The notes beneath the pieces are model-generated. The model was not told the origin of the DNA, ran no database searches, and was given only the letters and a program-made list of their open reading frames with translations. 62,000 bases of DNA from Chiloscyllium plagiosum (lineage: Eukaryota): contig NC_057718.1 of the NCBI RefSeq assembly GCF_004010195.1, positions 1,619,696-1,681,695 of the forward strand, read 5' to 3'. The position numbers and the translations under genes are program-made. Positions within the stretch are counted from its first letter, which is position 1. Each line of letters starts with the position of its first letter. Positions 61,527-62,000 of this stretch are shown here, piece after piece.

Positions 61527-61620
61527 TGAAAATGTGTTGCTGGAAAAGCGCAGCAGGTCAGGCAGCATCCAGGGAACAGGAGAATCGACGTTTCGGGCAT
61601 AAGCCCTTCTTCAGGAACCA
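61527..61620 (-). mobile_element. 94-bp Penelope family 2 insertion with intact hammerhead (61587-61614)
   Basis: 15-bp TSD tacagagaacacagc at 61512-61526 and 61621-61635. Confidence 0.9.
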
Positions 61621-62000
61621 TACAGAGAACACAGCCTACAATTACCTGTATACATTCCTCCTGTTACTCACAGTTTGTGATCTGATCTCATTAAGCCATT
61701 CAAGATTCTGAAGTGGCTTAACAGGATTGACACTGAGACCTTGCTCCTACTGGTTGTGGAATCAAGAACATGTGTATAAGGGGCCGATGGATTAGGACTG
61801 AGAAGCAGGAAAGTGTGTTAAGCCCAAGCTTAGACATGATCACATAAATAGTATAGAAAGCTCAAGGGGCTGTATATTTTCATGGGAGATGATGTCACTG
61901 GCAAGACCAGAATTTGTTGCTCTTCCATGATTGGCCTTGACCTGAGTGGCTTGCTTGGCCATTTCAAAGGAATCACATTGCTGTTTGTCTGAAGTCATGT

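Overview
This is eukaryotic, repeat-rich vertebrate DNA. It is most likely elasmobranch (shark/ray), inferred from HE1-type V-SINEs, HER1/CR1-type LINEs and Deu-domain SINEs. The window lies inside one large + strand gene. Eight GT-AG exons (3016-3143, 9088-9246, 11595-11928, 12951-13145, 27319-27419, 36198-36399, 45242-45343, 58957-59123; 1388 coding nt) join in a compatible reading frame. They encode the C1a end, C1b and most of the second transmembrane cluster of a divergent ADCY8-like adenylate cyclase. The introns are mostly nested transposons: CR1 LINEs, HE1 SINEs, Deu-SINEs, a Rex1/Babar LINE, a decayed Gmr1-like Gypsy element with LTR and tRNA-Pro PBS, a young tandem LTR-like insertion, a solo LTR, and many Penelope-like (Neptune-type) elements. 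The most striking non-genic signal is more than 15 minimal, dimer-type hammerhead ribozyme motifs in the termini of at least four Penelope families. They show compensatory changes in the catalytic core (U3-A8), helix II and the helix III palindrome (ACGU vs AGCU). Many sit in short target-site-duplicated or fold-back insertions whose junctions cluster at the ribozyme. Four assembly gaps limit interpretation. Family assignments come from recognised motifs, not database searches.
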